Below are positions 9,054 through 17,737 of a stretch of DNA of 62,375 nt, piece by piece; position 1 is the first letter of the stretch; each line of letters starts with the position of its first letter. The notes beneath the pieces are model-generated. The model worked only from the letters and a program-made list of their open reading frames with translations, had not been told where the DNA came from and made no database searches. Position numbers and translations under genes: made by a program. The DNA lies in the sequence record SRR2962707_792; one strand, written 5' to 3'.

Positions 9054-9684
9054 GCCGGAGACTGGTGCGCATGGCGCGTTGATGGATCAAGTCTATCGAC
9101 GGCAACGCCTGTTCTATGATGCAACCCGCAAATTTTATTTGCTGGGACGTGATCACCTGTTGCGCGAATTGGACCCGGTGTTGGACGCAACTATCCTTGA
9201 AATCGCCTGTGGAACGGGCCGCAATCTTGATCGGATAGATCGGCTCTACCCCGGTAGGCGGCTCTTTGGGCTGGATATATCCAGCGAAATGCTTAGGTCC
9301 GCTCGGGCAAAGCTGGGGACACGCGCTCAGTTGGTGCAGGGCGATGCCTGTGGGTTTGATCCTGAAGAAGCCTTTGGTCAGGCAAAGTTCGACCGCATCG
9401 TTATGTCATACAGCTTGTCCATGATCCCTGATTGGCAAGCCGCGATGGCAGAAGCTTTAAGGCATCTCGCCCCCATGGGGGAGCTTCATATTGTGGACTT
9501 TGGCGATCAGACACGTATGCCGCGTTGGTTTGACAAGGGTCTGAGAAGCTGGCTGGCGCGGTTCCACGTCTCTCCTCGTGACAGGTTGCAATCAGTATTA
9601 CCGACGAACGGCGCCTTTACAGTGTCGCATCGTTCTATGCTGCTAGATTACGCCCAGTATGCGTGTGTGCGGCGGCTTGACTAA
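9046..9684 (+). CDS. btaB: BtaB N-methyltransferase (DGTS synthesis)
   Basis: MDQVYRRQRLFYDATRKFYLLGRD, EIACGTGRN, SYSLSMIPDW; overlaps btaA stop. Confidence 0.92.
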   Translation: MDRPETGAHGALMDQVYRRQRLFYDATRKFYLLGRDHLLRELDPVLDATILEIACGTGRNLDRIDRLYPGRRLFGLDISSEMLRSARAKLGTRAQLVQGDACGFDPEEAFGQAKFDRIVMSYSLSMIPDWQAAMAEALRHLAPMGELHIVDFGDQTRMPRWFDKGLRSWLARFHVSPRDRLQSVLPTNGAFTVSHRSMLLDYAQYACVRRLD

Positions 9685-9699
9685 AAGGTAACAAACTCA

Positions 9700-9757
9700 C
9701 GCTTGGAACACCAACCTTGTCCGTCGGAGGCGAGCGGATTGGTTGGTGTTCCAAGCG
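9700..9757. repeat. 17-bp perfect inverted repeat / long hairpin
   Basis: CGCTTGGAACACCAACC (9700-9716) and GGTTGGTGTTCCAAGCG (9741-9757). Confidence 0.8.
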
Positions 9758-9954
9758 CACTAAAGAGGGGGGGCGTGGGGACAAATGCGCCTCGGGTCGC
9801 AAAACTTCTGAGCTTGGTTGGCCGCATGAAGGTTGCGGTCGCCCCGAACGATCAAATTTGCGCCCTGAACAGCCAATTCAATGCCGCAGGCAGTGTGTCA
9901 CTGGTCGCGATCGGCTAGATTGGCCGGACTTTCCAACAATCAAGTGAGGTCACA

Positions 9955-10857
9955 ATGGTGAACGATCAGATCATTTCCCGGCTCGAAGTTGAGATTGAAA
10001 AGACCGTATCGTCGGCTCAGACCATTCGAAATGTTGGTGTGAATGGCTGTCGGCAAATCCAAAGCCTGACCGCGATGGACCTCGCTTCCCCGACACTGAT
10101 GTTTCCGATCATCGGAAGAAAACGGATTTTCGTGGCTCAACAATGCTATGATGTTTGCCCGGGTGAAATGCTCATTGTCCCGGCAGGCACACGTTTTGAC
10201 CTTGAAAACATCCCTGATTTTGGCCGCCAACGGTTTCTTGGGGCAGCCCTTGTTTTTGATACCGAAACTCTGGCCCTTTTTCACAAGGTCTATGGTGGAG
10301 ACATGAAAAATTGGTCGCTAACGCCGCAATGGAAGGCTGCCGGAAGCGATGAATTGCTTTCGTCGATCTCGGATTGGGTCGCACATGACCGCCAGTTTTC
10401 CTCAGGTGCGACGCAGACACGTCACAGGCTGGCAGAGATACTCTTAACGCTTGCGCATCGAGGGATGGCCGGAAACATTCTGTTTTCCCAACAAAGCGGA
10501 CTTCGGGAGCGTATCAAGCATTTGATCGGCTTAAATCCGGGGCATGAGTGGCGCATGCCTGAAATTACGCAAAAACTGGCGATGAGTGAAAGTACGCTGC
10601 GGCGGCAGCTGCGGGCCGAAAACACCAGTTTCCGAGAATTGCTGGAAGACACACGACTGGGGCGCGGGATCGAGTTGGTCATGATGACGGATATGCCCGT
10701 TGGTCAGATTGCGTTTGAATGCGGATATCAGTCGCAATCGCGGTTTTCTGAACGCTTCCGGCTTCGGTTTTCGCTTAGCCCGACCGAGTTCCGTGCCACG
10801 CAGGCCCAACCAGCTGGCAGCGTTGTCGAACTGGACCAGTTCCGGTCGATATCTTGA
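9955..10857 (+). CDS. AraC-family regulator
   Basis: MSESTLRRQL..SFRELL..IAFECGYQSQSRFSERF. Confidence 0.9.
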   Translation: MVNDQIISRLEVEIEKTVSSAQTIRNVGVNGCRQIQSLTAMDLASPTLMFPIIGRKRIFVAQQCYDVCPGEMLIVPAGTRFDLENIPDFGRQRFLGAALVFDTETLALFHKVYGGDMKNWSLTPQWKAAGSDELLSSISDWVAHDRQFSSGATQTRHRLAEILLTLAHRGMAGNILFSQQSGLRERIKHLIGLNPGHEWRMPEITQKLAMSESTLRRQLRAENTSFRELLEDTRLGRGIELVMMTDMPVGQIAFECGYQSQSRFSERFRLRFSLSPTEFRATQAQPAGSVVELDQFRSIS

Positions 10858-10946
10858 CCGTTAAAGGCGGTGGGTTGGCTGACTAAGGCGCGACGGAAGA
10901 GAGTGGGAACTGCCATCTTTCCGGCATAACTTAGGAAAGGTATCTC

Positions 10947-11909
10947 ATGACTCTCTCGCTTGGAAAAATCGCACTTATCAGTGCGTTGGTTGCCCTTGGC
11001 CCAAGGTCCGCCTTGGCCGAGGCTGACATTGTTTTGCCAGATCGGGCCTTTGCCCCCGAGGGCATTGCCGTTGATGGCACAGGGAACCTATATGTCGGTA
11101 GCCTTACTCAGGGGCGTCTTGCCAAGATATCTGCCGACACAAAGGACGTTTCGGATTTTGTCGCGGGCGGCGTCAATGGTTTGGTTTCCGTTGTCGGCTT
11201 ACACGTCTCGGGAAACATCGTTTTTGCCTGTTCGTCTGATCCCGGGATTGGGGCGCTCACCGGGGCCGCGGCTCCTGCGCTGGTGGCCTTTGATACCAAA
11301 ACAGGTGCGGCTGAAGGGCGTTTCGAACTGCCGGAAGGTGGTGGGTTCTGCAACGATATTACAGAGCTACCTGATGGGACCATTTTGGCGACAGATAGCT
11401 TCTCTCCACGGATCTACGCGTTAAAGCCGGGCGCAGATCAGTTGGAAGTTTGGTATGAAGATGCTCAGTTTTCCGGAGAAGGATTCAACCTCAATGGCAT
11501 CGCTTACGATAGTGGTGCGGTCTATGTCGTCCGTTACAACATGGGAACCATGCATCGGATCACACTCGGAGATAGCAATATTTCGGGTGAAACGACTCAG
11601 GTGTCTTTGCCCAGAGCAATTTCTGGCGCAGATGGGCTGAATGCGCTGGGGGACGGGCGGTTTCTGGTCGTCGAAGGGGGCGGCTTGACTGCGGGTGCGC
11701 GCGGTGCACTTCTTGGAATTAAACTGACAGGTGATGCGGCCTTGATCGACACAATCGCTGCGGACCTCAACGTTCCCACAACGGCGGTGGTGGTCGGGTC
11801 CGTGGCCTATGTCGTTGAGGGGCAATTGGACCATTTGTTCGATCCTGAGGCGGGGTCGCCGGATCCATACAAAGTTCTGGCGATTGACCTTCCTGAAAGC
11901 TATCGCTGA
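10947..11909 (+). CDS. Secreted SMP-30/gluconolactonase-like beta-propeller protein
   Basis: Signal peptide, PEGIAVD, FCNDI, LNGIA, GADGL. Confidence 0.8.
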   Translation: MTLSLGKIALISALVALGPRSALAEADIVLPDRAFAPEGIAVDGTGNLYVGSLTQGRLAKISADTKDVSDFVAGGVNGLVSVVGLHVSGNIVFACSSDPGIGALTGAAAPALVAFDTKTGAAEGRFELPEGGGFCNDITELPDGTILATDSFSPRIYALKPGADQLEVWYEDAQFSGEGFNLNGIAYDSGAVYVVRYNMGTMHRITLGDSNISGETTQVSLPRAISGADGLNALGDGRFLVVEGGGLTAGARGALLGIKLTGDAALIDTIAADLNVPTTAVVVGSVAYVVEGQLDHLFDPEAGSPDPYKVLAIDLPESYR

Positions 11910-12210
11910 CTCGAAAGAAAATTCGATTTTGGACCCGGCCAGAGCTTTTGGCTGGGTTCGCTCTACATCGGTGTTTTGCATCGGATTTCGAGAGAGCCGA
12001 GAAATCACTTTGGCCGTGAGGCGCTATTCGGGTTTCCGTAGGAGAGTTGATACCGCGATCCTCGACCAGGTGAAATTTTTGGGCAAGCGCGGCAACTTCC
12101 CGTTCCCTTCAAATGCTCGCACTATGACAAGGCGGGCAACAAAGGGCTCGGTCGCGAAATTGTTAAACTCCATCATGTGAAAACGGCCGGACCACGACTA
12201 TAACACGGGT

Positions 12211-13218
12211 ATGGAAACGGTAACGTCACTCTTTGTACGAAAGATGGTTTCGGCGGCAGGCAGTTCGATTGACGGCCCTGCGGTGTTACGATCTGTTGGC
12301 CTTGATCCCGATGCGTCTGTTGATCCTAAGGCCATGGTAGCCGCAGTGGCCTATTACGATATGCTCGAGCGGCTCGCCAAGGACATCGATATAACGGAAT
12401 TGCCGTTGCGCACTGGGGCCTCGATGCGGTGCGATGATTATGGCGCTCTTGGTCTGGCTTTTAAAGCGGCATTGACTTTGCAGGGGTCTTACTCTCGCGT
12501 AGCGCGATATGCGCAGCTTTGGACCACTGTCGTTGACTACGAATTAAGCCCCATCCAAAATAACACGTGGTTCATTTTGCACCGAAGTGGGCCGCGCCGT
12601 TTGGGGCTGCGTTTGTCGAATGAAGCAACGCTGGCCAGCGCGACCGCGATCGCCCGAGAGGTTTCTCCGACAGGGGTGTTCTCACCGCTTGAGGTGCATC
12701 TGACGCATCCAGGACCTGCCATTACCAAACATCACGAAGCCTATTTCGGATGTCCGGTCTTTTTCGGTTCGGATCGGGATGCGCTCCTCATTTCGAACGA
12801 GGTTCTGAACCGCCCAAACAAGCTCGGAGACGAGGGGATTACTCAATTTTTGCTGGGGCACCTTGATCAGGAATTGGCTCAGGTTGGCGAGGTAAAGCCG
12901 CTGCAAAGCCGAACAAAGGATGTGATTGCCCGCGCCCTGAGTGAAGGTCTTCCCAAGATGGATGTCGTGGCGCGACGTATGGGGATGAGCGTGCGGTCAT
13001 TGCACCGTCGTTTGGCTGAGGGCGGTTTGAACTTTCAGACATTGACGGAAGACACCCGGCGGGAGCTGGCGATTGGCTTGCTGCATGATGAGCGATATTC
13101 AATTTCTGAAATTGCCTTTTTGACAGGCTTCTCTGAGCAAAGCTCATTCACCCGCGCCTTTAAGCGCTGGGTCGGAAGTACGCCGGCAACCTATCGAAAA
13201 ACGCAACGCGGCGGTTAA
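12211..13218 (+). CDS. AraC-family regulator (OruR-like N-domain)
   Basis: DYGALG, FGCPVFFG, C-terminal EIAFLTGFSEQSSFTRAFKRW. Confidence 0.92.
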   Translation: METVTSLFVRKMVSAAGSSIDGPAVLRSVGLDPDASVDPKAMVAAVAYYDMLERLAKDIDITELPLRTGASMRCDDYGALGLAFKAALTLQGSYSRVARYAQLWTTVVDYELSPIQNNTWFILHRSGPRRLGLRLSNEATLASATAIAREVSPTGVFSPLEVHLTHPGPAITKHHEAYFGCPVFFGSDRDALLISNEVLNRPNKLGDEGITQFLLGHLDQELAQVGEVKPLQSRTKDVIARALSEGLPKMDVVARRMGMSVRSLHRRLAEGGLNFQTLTEDTRRELAIGLLHDERYSISEIAFLTGFSEQSSFTRAFKRWVGSTPATYRKTQRGG

Positions 13219-13228
13219 ACCCCGGTTT

Positions 13229-13266
13229 TGGCTGCATCGGTCAATTTCCTGGCAGCGTTGAGCAAT
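13229..13266 (+). promoter_or_regulatory. Candidate AraC tandem binding site
   Basis: TGGCTGCATCGGTCAAT / TGGCAGCGTTGAGCAAT direct repeats, 12/17 identical, 21-bp period. Confidence 0.55.
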
Positions 13267-13328
13267 ACGAGGCACGCAAGAAACTCCTATCAGTTGGGCA
13301 TCGCATCCAACAAATCTAGGAGATTCAC

Positions 13329-14378
13329 ATGCACCGTTTAATGACCCTCTCGACCATGTCTGTTGTCGCTGTTTTGGGCTTCATGACGCCCTCTTTTGCT
13401 GAGGTGAAAACTAACAAAGCCAATACGATTTCGCTATCCGTTAACCACATCGACAGCTTTAAGAATTTTGCACCAGAATTGCCGAAAATGCGCGCGCGAG
13501 CGGCGAAAATTAACACGGATTTTGGCTTACACGTGAGCGAGATTGAGTCGGGTCTCTTTTTCGTGACCGACTTGATCTATCAATCGGCCTTCGTTGTGAC
13601 GACCGACGGTGTCGTTGTCTTCGATGCTCCTCCGAGCTTTGGTGAGCGCCTGCGTAAAGTGATCGAGCTGACCGCTCCGGGCGTGCCAATCTCGCACCTT
13701 ATCATGAGCCACGGTCACCGTGATCATAACGGCGGTAGTCAGTTGTTTGCGGATATCGCGGGGCTTGAAGTGGTCGCGGTTGAGAATGTTGCCCATACCC
13801 TTGAAGAGTTCCCATTGGACGGGGTCTTTGATCCAACTCGCACATTTTCGGGCAGTCTGGAACTGACCATTGGCGGCGTGGACATTGAGTTAACCGAGGC
13901 GCATTTTCACGCTGAAGACAGCGATATGATGATCTACTTGCCGGATCAGAAGTTTTTGATGGCCATCGACACGATCACGCCGGGTGAAGCACCCTTTATG
14001 AATTTTGGTGCCACAACCAACCTCAACGCCTATTCTCAGATATTCGATACGTTCCTTGCCTATGATTTTGACCATTTCCTATCTGGGCATGTGTCTGTGC
14101 TTGGAAACCGGGAAGACGTCATTATTGCGCGCGATTACACCTTCGACGTTCGCGATACGGTCAATGGGCTAATGCCTTCGTTTAATGACCGGATGATGGC
14201 TGGTTTAGCGGCGGTCGAATTTCAAAATGCCAACCTCGCCTATCGTTATGCCATGGAAGGCATCCGTGATGATTGTGCGGCCCAGGTCATTGACCGGTGG
14301 CAAAACGAGTTATCGGTCGTCGATATCTGGGCCGATAGCCACTGCGAAACCGCGTTAGTTTTCGCCGTCATGCACTGA
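13329..14378 (+). CDS. Secreted metallo-beta-lactamase-fold hydrolase
   Basis: Signal peptide; SHGHRDH motif, downstream H, D and SGH ligands. Confidence 0.85.
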   Translation: MHRLMTLSTMSVVAVLGFMTPSFAEVKTNKANTISLSVNHIDSFKNFAPELPKMRARAAKINTDFGLHVSEIESGLFFVTDLIYQSAFVVTTDGVVVFDAPPSFGERLRKVIELTAPGVPISHLIMSHGHRDHNGGSQLFADIAGLEVVAVENVAHTLEEFPLDGVFDPTRTFSGSLELTIGGVDIELTEAHFHAEDSDMMIYLPDQKFLMAIDTITPGEAPFMNFGATTNLNAYSQIFDTFLAYDFDHFLSGHVSVLGNREDVIIARDYTFDVRDTVNGLMPSFNDRMMAGLAAVEFQNANLAYRYAMEGIRDDCAAQVIDRWQNELSVVDIWADSHCETALVFAVMH

Positions 14379-14384
14379 CCTCAG

Positions 14385-14404
14385 GGGGCGGTGAAGCCCG
14401 CCCC
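14385..14404. terminator. Intercistronic hairpin
   Basis: GGGGCGG-N6-CCGCCCC. Confidence 0.45.
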
Positions 14405-14441
14405 ACTTCTTCAATTCTATCTCGTAAAAGAGGCACGAAAA

Positions 14442-14945
14442 ATGTCGACATGGTTCTTTTTCACCGCTCAATTCACACTGCTCGCCTATGCGATTGTTGG
14501 CGGCGTATTCCTTGCGTTCTCGGATTTCATAATGCGTTCATTGGCCCACACCAGTGGCGTAGGCGGCGTCGAGGCAATGCAAGTGATTAACCGCGAAGTC
14601 TTTCGCTGGATATTCATGGCACTTTTCCTTGGTCTGGCACCGTTCTCGGTCATGGTGGTTCTTTACAGCTGGATCAATCTGACCGGTTCTGTCGCGACCA
14701 TGATGACGCTTGCGGGCTTGATATATCTCATTGGATGTTTTGGTGTGACCATCGCTTTTAATGTCCCGATGAACGAAGCGCTTGCCGGGATGGATGTATC
14801 ACAAGGGGCAACAAAGGCTTACTGGACACAGACTTATTTGCCACGCTGGACATTTTGGAACACGGTGCGTGCGACCGCATGCGCGGTTTCCGCGGCTCTG
14901 CTGTTGTTCGGCTTGCTGATGATGACCCAAAATCATTCGGCGTGA
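14442..14945 (+). CDS. DUF1772 / anthrone oxygenase-family membrane protein
   Basis: GVFLAFSDFIM, AMQVIN, FNVPMN, W..WNTVR. Confidence 0.88.
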   Translation: MSTWFFFTAQFTLLAYAIVGGVFLAFSDFIMRSLAHTSGVGGVEAMQVINREVFRWIFMALFLGLAPFSVMVVLYSWINLTGSVATMMTLAGLIYLIGCFGVTIAFNVPMNEALAGMDVSQGATKAYWTQTYLPRWTFWNTVRATACAVSAALLLFGLLMMTQNHSA

Positions 14946-14963
14946 TGGGCATAGCAAGACTTG

Positions 14964-14993
14964 AAGCGGCGTCGTCACAATCAGGCGCCGCTT
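14964..14993. terminator. Terminator between convergent genes
   Basis: AAGCGGCG...CGCCGCTT stem. Confidence 0.5.
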
Positions 14994-15081
14994 TATCCGT
15001 TTAACTAAGTCTTTCAGAGTAAACGAGCCTCTTGAATGCTCGATGTTCGGCAAATGGTCACCTTATCGTTTGCACCGATTG

Positions 15082-15696
15082 TCACTTGGTTGGAACGACA
15101 AGGTGAATACCACGAGACATGGCCTCCACAAGGGCATGGACCTCTGACGCCAAAAGTTCTTGAGGCGTGCCAACGAAACGCCCGCGAAAAGAAAGCTGTA
15201 CGACGCCATGCACTGCCGCGAATAGGGTTTGAGCCCGGATCCGCAGAGAGTCCCCTTCGAGATCCGGACGCATCTTGGATAAGGGCTCAATCAATTGTTC
15301 AATCAGAACTGCATGAGCCAATTTGTACCAATCGGGGACGTCGATCCCTTCGGGTAACCTATGAAAGAAGATTGCGGACCAAAGGCTGTTATTGTCGACA
15401 GCGAAATTCACATAAGCCAAGGCCAAGGCCTGCATGGTCTCTTCTGGTGAGGCACCTTCGGGAACTGCGGCGCGCAATGCATCGCCAAGACGGGTAAGGG
15501 TCCGCGCGTTCACCAGAATAATAAGTTGATCCAAGTCTTCCACAGAGTTGTAGAGAGCTCCGAGCGCGCATCCGGCTTCTGCGGTGACGTCTCGTGCCTT
15601 TAAACCCTTTAGCCCTTTGGCTGCGATCTGGGCCTCTGCGGCATTGATTAACCGTTGCCGTAAGTCTTCCCGCTTGGTTTCTCGAAGGCTTGCCAA
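15082..15696 (-). CDS. TetR/AcrR regulator (WHG-type C-domain)
   Basis: N-terminal TetR HTH, FAAVHGVV; probable TTG start after AGGAGAG. Confidence 0.88.
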   Translation of the reverse strand: MASLRETKREDLRQRLINAAEAQIAAKGLKGLKARDVTAEAGCALGALYNSVEDLDQLIILVNARTLTRLGDALRAAVPEGASPEETMQALALAYVNFAVDNNSLWSAIFFHRLPEGIDVPDWYKLAHAVLIEQLIEPLSKMRPDLEGDSLRIRAQTLFAAVHGVVQLSFRGRFVGTPQELLASEVHALVEAMSRGIHLVVPTK

Positions 15697-15715
15697 TTGG
15701 GTCTCTCCTAAAAAA

Positions 15716-15787
15716 TTGAACAATGTTCAAAATTATTATTGAACGTCGTTCATTAATGCCCATCTAAGCAATGTGAACGCCGTTCAG
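15716..15787. promoter_or_regulatory. Three TGAAC-N3-GTTCA palindromes (TetR operators)
   Basis: 15716-15730, 15739-15753 and 15773-15787 in the tetR/pspA divergent intergenic region. Confidence 0.8.
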
Positions 15788-15804
15788 TAACAGGAGACAC
15801 CACA

Positions 15805-16485
15805 ATGCTCAAACATCTTATGACTCTCGCTCGTGGCCGCGCAACCGATAGTTCGCAGGCCTTCCTGGATGCAAATGGTCTGGCACTCTTGCGTCAACAA
15901 ATACGAGATGCGGCCCGCGGAGTTGAAAAACATCGTAAAGCGCTGGCAGTGGTTATGGCCTACGCAAAACGTGAGGATGCCGCGCTTGCCCGGATCAACG
16001 GCCAAATCTCAGATCTTGAAAGTCGCGCTTTGGATGCTTTGGCCCAAGATCGCGATGACCTTGCGCTTGACGCCGCTACAACGATTTCGCGCCTCGAAGC
16101 AGAGCGGGATATCACCCAAAAGGCGATTGAAACATATCAGAGTAAAATCAGTGACCTAAGGAAGGGCTTAACGGAAAACGAGGCCTGCCTTCGGGCTATG
16201 AAAAGAGGGCAGCACTTAGTCGAAGCCAACGCAACAGCTCAGCGCATCAGTGGCGTGACGCCATCCTCCGCCATGAGCGATCTGCAAGAGGCACAGGAGA
16301 CCCTAACAAGGCTGCAAGATCGTCAAGAGCACGCCGACGCAACTGCCAGCGCCATGATGTCATTGTCCGTTGATGATAGCGCAGAGAGCGTGGCCAAACG
16401 ATTGGCCGAAGAAGGGTGCGGCGATCCAATGCACTCTGATGCCTCATCCGTCCTGAAGCGGTTGAAAGACAAAGCTGCCAAGTAG
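15805..16485 (+). CDS. PspA/IM30-family protein
   Basis: Coiled coil, LLRQQIRDA, A..AL...R.DLA..AA pattern. Confidence 0.85.
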   Translation: MLKHLMTLARGRATDSSQAFLDANGLALLRQQIRDAARGVEKHRKALAVVMAYAKREDAALARINGQISDLESRALDALAQDRDDLALDAATTISRLEAERDITQKAIETYQSKISDLRKGLTENEACLRAMKRGQHLVEANATAQRISGVTPSSAMSDLQEAQETLTRLQDRQEHADATASAMMSLSVDDSAESVAKRLAEEGCGDPMHSDASSVLKRLKDKAAK

Positions 16486-16557
16486 CATTCCACCTGCGCC
16501 AATTAATTTCCCATCACGACTCGGACGACTCCGGGCTTCTACCAGAGGACAAAAGAA

Positions 16558-16839
16558 ATGAACGCTTACATTGCAAGGCCCCAAAAATCCTGGACCCTTT
16601 TTACATACCTTCAGTTCGCGATTGCAGCACTTATGATGGCCGGAGGGATATACAGTCTGGAAGCAAGTTTTTCTGCCAAAGGATTTTATGCCATGGCCGC
16701 GATTATGTTGGTGAGCTCAACGGCATCTATCACCAAGACAATTCGTGACGCCGAAGAAAGTGATCGGATTCACAACAAGCTTGAGGATGCACAGACTGAA
16801 CGGCTTTTGTCGGAAGTCGGTATGCCCAAGACCGAATGA
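16558..16839 (+). CDS. YiaA/YiaB two-helix membrane protein
   Basis: KGFYAM..TKTIRD motif, two TM helices. Confidence 0.85.
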   Translation: MNAYIARPQKSWTLFTYLQFAIAALMMAGGIYSLEASFSAKGFYAMAAIMLVSSTASITKTIRDAEESDRIHNKLEDAQTERLLSEVGMPKTE

Positions 16840-16852
16840 TTTGCGGATATCG

Positions 16853-16876
16853 CAAGGGCTTAACCTCAGGCCCTTG
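16853..16876. terminator. Terminator between yiaAB-like gene and nadC
   Basis: CAAGGGC-N10-GCCCTTG. Confidence 0.5.
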
Positions 16877-16888
16877 TTGACCCTAATT

Positions 16889-17737
16889 TTAAAAATCCAA
16901 ACCCAAATCCAGTGTTGAAACGGAGTGGGTCAAGGCACCACTGGAAATGTAATCGACACCCGTTGCGGCGACCTCTGCGATGCGCGAAAGTTTCATATTG
17001 CCCGAAGCTTCCGTCACCATCGTGCCGTTTACCAGCTCAACAGCCTGACGCATTGTTTCCGTGTCCATGTTATCGAGCAGAACAACATCCGCGCCGCCAA
17101 TCGTAAGAACCTCTTGGAGCTGGTCCAGACGGTCCACTTCGATTTCGATTTTTACCATGTGAGACGCATAGGCTCTGGCGGCTGTAAGGGCAGGGCGCAC
17201 GCCGCCCGCCGCCGCAATGTGGTTGTCCTTGATCATGATGGCATCGCTTAGGCTAAAACGATGATTAAACCCGCCACCGTGTAAAACCGCCTGTTTTTCT
17301 ACAATCCGCAGCCCCGGCGTCGTTTTACGAGTGCAAGTGATCCTGGCGTCGCTGCCCTTGGTCTCTGCAACGAATTGCGCAGTTAGGGTCGCGATGCCTG
17401 ACAAACGCCCGGCGAAATTCAACGCCACGCGTTCGCCCGACAGGATCGATGCGGCAGATCCAGAGATTGTCATCAACGGATCACCGGGCTTGCAGGGCGA
17501 TCCGTCTGGAAGCAGAGTTTCGACCTTCAAAGCTGGATCAACCAGATGAAAAGCCATACGGGCGATCTGCATCCCAGAGACAAAACCCGGTTCCCGCGCA
17601 TTTATGCAAGCGTCGTAGGTGGTCGAAGAGGGGACAACAGCGCGGGTGGTGATGTCACCATAGGTGCCCATGTCTTCCATCAACGAGGCGCGCACCAAAG
17701 GTTCTAGAATGATGTCAGGTAAGGTCGCATTTCGCAT
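16889..17737 (-). CDS. nadC: Quinolinate phosphoribosyltransferase
   Basis: TRKTTPGLR, HRFSLSD..MIKDNH, EVD, LLDNM, EASG. Confidence 0.96.
   Translation of the reverse strand: MRNATLPDIILEPLVRASLMEDMGTYGDITTRAVVPSSTTYDACINAREPGFVSGMQIARMAFHLVDPALKVETLLPDGSPCKPGDPLMTISGSAASILSGERVALNFAGRLSGIATLTAQFVAETKGSDARITCTRKTTPGLRIVEKQAVLHGGGFNHRFSLSDAIMIKDNHIAAAGGVRPALTAARAYASHMVKIEIEVDRLDQLQEVLTIGGADVVLLDNMDTETMRQAVELVNGTMVTEASGNMKLSRIAEVAATGVDYISSGALTHSVSTLDLGLDF

Noticed and set aside
11910-12210. Possible gene or ncRNA in the spacer
   Set aside because: No convincing ORF, RBS or stable fold; probably gene debris
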